NCBI GenBank assembly: GCA_051942205.1
Contig: JAVECO010000076.1
Coordinates: 1 to 64,000 of the forward strand
DNA: 64,000 nucleotides
Origin: Coniocarpon cinnabarinum
Lineage: Eukaryota
Reading direction: 5' to 3'
Positions 59,310-64,000 of this stretch are shown here, piece by piece. The notes under the pieces were generated by a model that ran no database searches, was not told the DNA's origin, and saw nothing but the letters and a program-made list of their open reading frames with translations. The translations under genes were made by a program, and so were the position numbers. Each line of letters begins with the position of its first letter. The first letter of the stretch is position 1.

Positions 59310-60948
59310 ATGAGCCAGGAGCCTCAACACTATCAGCAATATCGTGCTGCTGACGAACAATTTCTGGACGCTTTGACGCAGTTGGGACTCGAGATCAATG
59401 GCGTCAAAGCGGCGTTTACACCGGGCAAGGGGCGAGGAATCGTGGCAGACCGACATGTAAAAGTATACGTCTCGATTGCACATGTAAGAGGCACCTGCTG
59501 AGCTAGGGTGCTCAGGAAGGTGACAGACTCGTCCATGTCCCGTCGTCGTCGATACTGGCAGTCCCCAAGACCGCGGCGGTCAGTGCATCTCAAAAGTCTG
59601 CCAGTTCCGTTCACAGTCTGCTGTCGCTCAAGCTGCTACAAGGCGATGTGCCTGAGCACTTGCAAAGCTTTATGGGAATGTGGAGAAGCGTGATGCCCGA
59701 CCTGGAGATCCTGAAGCAGTGCGTTCCTCTTCTTTGGTCTGCTCGCGCTCAGCAACTCTTACCCGAGCCAGCTAAAGGTACGAGACGATTCTTGTTCTCT
59801 ACTCGGCACGATGCCGCAAGAAGAAGGGATTTTTTTGGACTCATCTGATCATGCACGCTTTTAGCTCTTCTCCAGCGGCAAAAGACCAAGTTTCAACGCG
59901 ACTGGAATGATTTCAGATCAATGAAGCTACCGCTCTCGGCCTTCGGCCTTCTCGAGGGCAGCTCGCAGTCAGCCGTATATGAGGCCTTCGCACATGCTTG
60001 GCTACTTGTGAATACGAGATCATTCTACTGGGACTACCCCACTACCCAGTCCCAAGGCTCGAAGCGTGCAAGGCAGAAATCTCAAAAATCATCGAATGGC
60101 TTGGGTGCTGAGGATTGCATGGCATTAGTGCCATTTATCGATCTCTTCAATCATACTTACGTTGGCGAATGCGTACGTGAACACTTCCCAATGACGAACA
60201 ACGTACTTTTGCCTCCTTTATTAACGGTGGAGCAGTGTGCTGTGGAGTTCAATAACACCGGCTTCACAGTTGTGGCTGCACGTGACTATGGTAACTCTCC
60301 TTTCCCCTACCATACATTTCTGAAGATGCTAAACCTTGCAGAACCCGGAGAAGAAGTATTTGTTACTTACGGCAATTATGGCAACGAATTCCTGCTAGTA
60401 GAATGTAAGCAACAACATTCATTGTTCAATAGACCTATGAGTGACATCAGAACTCAGATGGATTCATGATGGACCCAAACGTCTGCGACACAGTGGCGCT
60501 CGACCAATACGTCATCCCCGAATTCAATAAAGCCCAACGAGCTCTCGTCGAAGAAGCCAACATGTTCGGGTATGTCGCATCTCAAACCTAACTGATCAGC
60601 ACTAAATGAACCAGGAACTACAACCTCCACGCCTCCAACTCACCCAGCAACGTCACACCACCTACATACTGCTACCGAACCCAATGTGCACTACGAGCTC
60701 TGGTTCTACCACCCGCAAAAGCTAAAGAATACATCGACTCCGGCGGCGAAAGTGGCAGCAATGAAATCCCCGACGAACGCAAGAAAATTGACGACATGTG
60801 GAAGCACATTTGTGGACATGTGTTCGAGAACGTGCTCAAGTGCAAGAACAGCGTCGAGACAGATCTGGCGGAAGGTGCGCCGCAAGAGATTTTGCTGGCG
60901 CGCTGGAACCAAATCTCGGATATGGTATATGATACCATTGAGGATTGA
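59310..60948 (+). CDS. SET-domain protein lysine methyltransferase (Rkm2/Set11-like)
   Basis: GKGRGIVA, WLLVNTRSFY, MALVPFIDLFNH, GEEVFVTYGNYGNEFLLVE|YGF, CYRTQCALR; about 6 introns. Confidence 0.88.
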
Positions 60949-61687
60949 TGCGGGATGACGAGGAGCGTGCAGCGAGTTCATGAAATGGTGTTGTGGGGCA
61001 GAACGATGGAAGGAGCATACTGTATTGCCAACTCGCTTAGGTGAGGCTTTCTGGTTTCAATGTTATAAGATTATACATCCCCAGATCCGGTCACGGAATA
61101 CTGATAGTTCACGCCCAACGTTGTCTTCCACTCATGCACTCTTGCATATTCTCAGGCTATGCATCGCAGCTTCTTTCGAAGCGCCTCATCGGCTAGCTCA
61201 ATTTCTCTCTTGGTTCTTGTCGCCGCTATGGCGAGTGAAACAAATCTTCTGATCTACATCACCTCGCAGGGTCTTATGGTTGACAAGCACAAGCCTTTCT
61301 CAGCTGCCGATTGGCGACATTGAGCAGACGCGCCTGCGCAGGAGGGACACTTTTGCAAAGCATGAGTGATGACCCGTGCCCAAATCGCTGGTCATTGCCG
61401 TCTGCATCGCTGACGTCCTAGGCTTGCCTGTCTTCAAGCGCAACGCGTTATGACCTATTGCCTTCGTCTGGACGAAATCGTGCAGCAAATTTGTACTTAA
61501 GAAGCACACTGGACCTACGTTCGTTCCAGTCACGCGATCACGAGCCGGCTGCTTTCTTGGCTCTGCGTGATCGAACGCGTCTTCTTGTGATCCGAGGCTA
61601 CCTACTCTTCCATTCTAAGCTCCGTGATCAAGGCAAGAAGGAGCCGCTGAAAGCGCTCTAGCTTCATTCATTCGTACAGAGCCAAGC

Positions 61688-63547
61688 TCACACCACAAAC
61701 CAGCTCGAATTAGCCGAGATAACGGCATTCAGTCTCGCGTTCAACAAATCTTCCTCAAACTGCGCAAGCCGTTTCGCGACGTCGCGCTCTTCCTGGACCC
61801 AATCTTGCTCCGCCAGTAAGACTTGATCCTCACTCGACCCAGTGACTGAATGCAACCCTCGCCAGAACCAGCTCTCGCTCTTCGGCTCTAGCTTAGGTTT
61901 ATCGTCAAGCGATGGACCTCGCAGCGAGTTGCTCGCTGCTTTTTGTTCGTTTGCCAGTTGGCCTAACATGCTCTTCCAGTTCTTCAAGCCTTCGTGGACG
62001 CATTTCTCGCAGCTCTTGACGCCCTTTTTGTCGAGGAGCTTGTCATGCATCCTCTTTTGAGCGATCTCAGTTGCGTCGCGCGTCCAGGCTAGACCCTCGC
62101 GTCGTCGGTTCATCTTGGCGAAGAGGATTTCGGCGACGTATAAAGACAGTGCTGCGTCCTCGCATTCTTCGCTTCGCTTGCGCTCGAGAGCTTCGTTACC
62201 GGATGGTGGGGGAGGGGGGAAGTCGGGAGAGGTTGGTAACGAGATGATCCATTGAATGATGCTGTCGATGTTTTTTAGACTAAGGTCTGCGCCTGATGGA
62301 GGGTATTGTCGATTTCTCGGTGCTGGTTCGGCGTCGCGTCGAGCGCGGAGAACGGAAATGTAGACTTCTAAAGCTTCTCTGATGCGTTCGGTGCTCGCTA
62401 GATGTCGTGCGTACGCAGAGCTGCATGCCACAACGTTGGGAGTGACTAGTGGTGCTTGAGGTTTGATGATGCCTGAGCTGATGTTTACGACCGCCTCATC
62501 CGGGATGTTGGAGGGAAGATTTCGAAGTGCGAGCTTGAAGCTCCATTGGTACATGTTCTTGGCTTCCGCGTATTGCTGTTTGTGATCGAGGAACGAAGCA
62601 TATGCGAGCCCAGCTTCCATCCGCTGCTCATCGTTGAAGCCTTTCGTCGTCAGGATGCGCTTGTAGTGAAAGACTGGATCTTCAAAAGCGCGCCAGCAGT
62701 CGGTAATATCGGGACACTGCTTTCCTGACAAGGGCGGTAGAGGGACTGGATAGGGATTCTCGTCTGATCGAATGTGTTGAGGTGCATACGTCTGCCTGTC
62801 TTCCGTATATGTCATGTAGCCCTCGCGCATCTCAGCGCCCTTGGCCATTCCCATCATAGCCTCGAAATACCCCCGTATCCACGGTTCAGACTTCATCGTA
62901 ATGTCGTATCCAATGCGACTCTTCCACATGGTTTCCCCTCTCTTTAACTCTTCTGGGGTGAACATAGGAGGTGGTGTGTGCAACTCAGCGTCGTCTGCGA
63001 AGGGAAGTGATGTGTCCCAAATCTCATCTTGTAATAATAAATCACTGGGTCGATGTACGATGAACTTGTAATCTTCCAGCAACCCAACAACGTTCCGGTA
63101 GTAGCTCCCAATCTTTGACCAATCCAGCATACCCCTGCCATGACCATCCGTTTCCAACTCGTGCTTCGCGTCGCGCCAATACCACTTGACCAGAAACCGC
63201 CAGTCCGTCGGCGAAGGGTATAATCGGTCAAGCCAATCTTGTCGCAAGAACCAGTAGCAGATCATCCCACCAAAGACCACCGTCCAGCCCATGACCGTCC
63301 AGTATATACCGACCCGAATGCCATATCTGATGTTGGCCTTTTGCTCGGTGGAAAGGAGACGATTTGAGGGTGGAGCGCGACGTGAGGCAAGGAATGGAAG
63401 TTGTGGTCGTGCGGAGGAGCGTGCAAGTGCTGTGAGGCGGGGTGATTTGCTGGTGAAGAGCCTAAGGGCTGGCTTTGGAGTCTTTCGTAAAGGAAGTGGG
63501 AACAGATCTGGAAAGAGCCGCCACAGGCGGCCTCGCGGTGGATGCAT
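61688..63547 (-). CDS. Conserved-looking hypothetical protein: mitochondrial presequence, one TM, helical-repeat-like C-terminus
   Basis: Open frame of ~619 aa; Arg-rich N-terminus; TM GIYWTVMGWTVVFGGMICYWF; PSPTDW; helical repeats (EAGLAYASFLD, LSLYVAEILFA). Confidence 0.82.
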   Translation of the reverse strand: MHPPRGRLWRLFPDLFPLPLRKTPKPALRLFTSKSPRLTALARSSARPQLPFLASRRAPPSNRLLSTEQKANIRYGIRVGIYWTVMGWTVVFGGMICYWFLRQDWLDRLYPSPTDWRFLVKWYWRDAKHELETDGHGRGMLDWSKIGSYYRNVVGLLEDYKFIVHRPSDLLLQDEIWDTSLPFADDAELHTPPPMFTPEELKRGETMWKSRIGYDITMKSEPWIRGYFEAMMGMAKGAEMREGYMTYTEDRQTYAPQHIRSDENPYPVPLPPLSGKQCPDITDCWRAFEDPVFHYKRILTTKGFNDEQRMEAGLAYASFLDHKQQYAEAKNMYQWSFKLALRNLPSNIPDEAVVNISSGIIKPQAPLVTPNVVACSSAYARHLASTERIREALEVYISVLRARRDAEPAPRNRQYPPSGADLSLKNIDSIIQWIISLPTSPDFPPPPPSGNEALERKRSEECEDAALSLYVAEILFAKMNRRREGLAWTRDATEIAQKRMHDKLLDKKGVKSCEKCVHEGLKNWKSMLGQLANEQKAASNSLRGPSLDDKPKLEPKSESWFWRGLHSVTGSSEDQVLLAEQDWVQEERDVAKRLAQFEEDLLNARLNAVISANSSWFVV

Positions 63548-64000
63548 GTTGTCCACCGGGTATGGGTTGCAATATCAGACGATCCATTAAGGTCACTGAG
63601 ATCATTGATGATCACAACGGATAAACGTTTACCCGTGGATATCAGAAATTATTATATTTGAAGGAGCAGACTGTTGCAAATCCTCCCATCAACGAGGACA
63701 AAGCCTCTCCAATTCTTTTCCAGCCCTGCGTCTCGCTCTGATGGGCTCAATGATCAATGGTGCGATGTGGCAGCGTGGCCAGCACGAGATGTCATGTGCC
63801 TGATCCACCATCAATGTTGACAACCATATCCCGCAAGCAGGTCGTCGCGCTCACGCTTTGATCCTGAGCCGGTGAGAAAGTGAGACGATTTGGTCTTTAG
63901 CTCATCATGATCAGAAAATGTAGGCTTCACTGGCGGTTTTGACCTCTGCGGGAAATGACACAGCCAGCCATCGTCTTTGAAGAGAATTGTTACGTGAGAG

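Noticed and set aside
1..64000. tRNA, rRNA, intact transposase or Starship captain recombinase
   Set aside because: No such motifs recognised by eye; tRNAscan/Infernal were not run.

Overview
64 kb of eukaryotic nuclear DNA from a filamentous ascomycete (Pezizomycotina, probably Dothideomycete-like). The evidence is short GT-AG introns with CTRAC branch sites, fungal housekeeping orthologues and a RIP signature. Bases 1-~5100 are an extremely AT-rich, RIP-degraded repeat block with nested inverted and direct repeats, a 20x ACTAAA microsatellite, a ~41-bp minisatellite and a hairpin. Next to it lie a disabled secreted glutamic-peptidase(G1)-like pseudogene, which the ORF track shows only as a fragment, and a small secreted protein. 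The rest is compact, gene-dense euchromatin. Recognisable products are a carboxylesterase, a HAD hydrolase, KOG1/raptor, a fructosamine kinase, a phytase-like secreted protein, a sugar porter, an MmgE/PrpD protein, DUF4202, ISD11, LIP2, MGR2, FAR10/SLMAP, LRP1, ketopantoate reductase, a CorA-like protein, VMA22, a FucP-like MFS transporter, POP7, PDCD5, COQ4, dienelactone hydrolase and a SET methyltransferase. An island of divergent genes at ~32.9-40.2 kb (F-box-like protein, atypical kinase, NUMOD3-like basic protein, RING-less SNF2 ATPase) is the best candidate for undescribed biology. All family calls come from motif recognition by eye; no searches were run.
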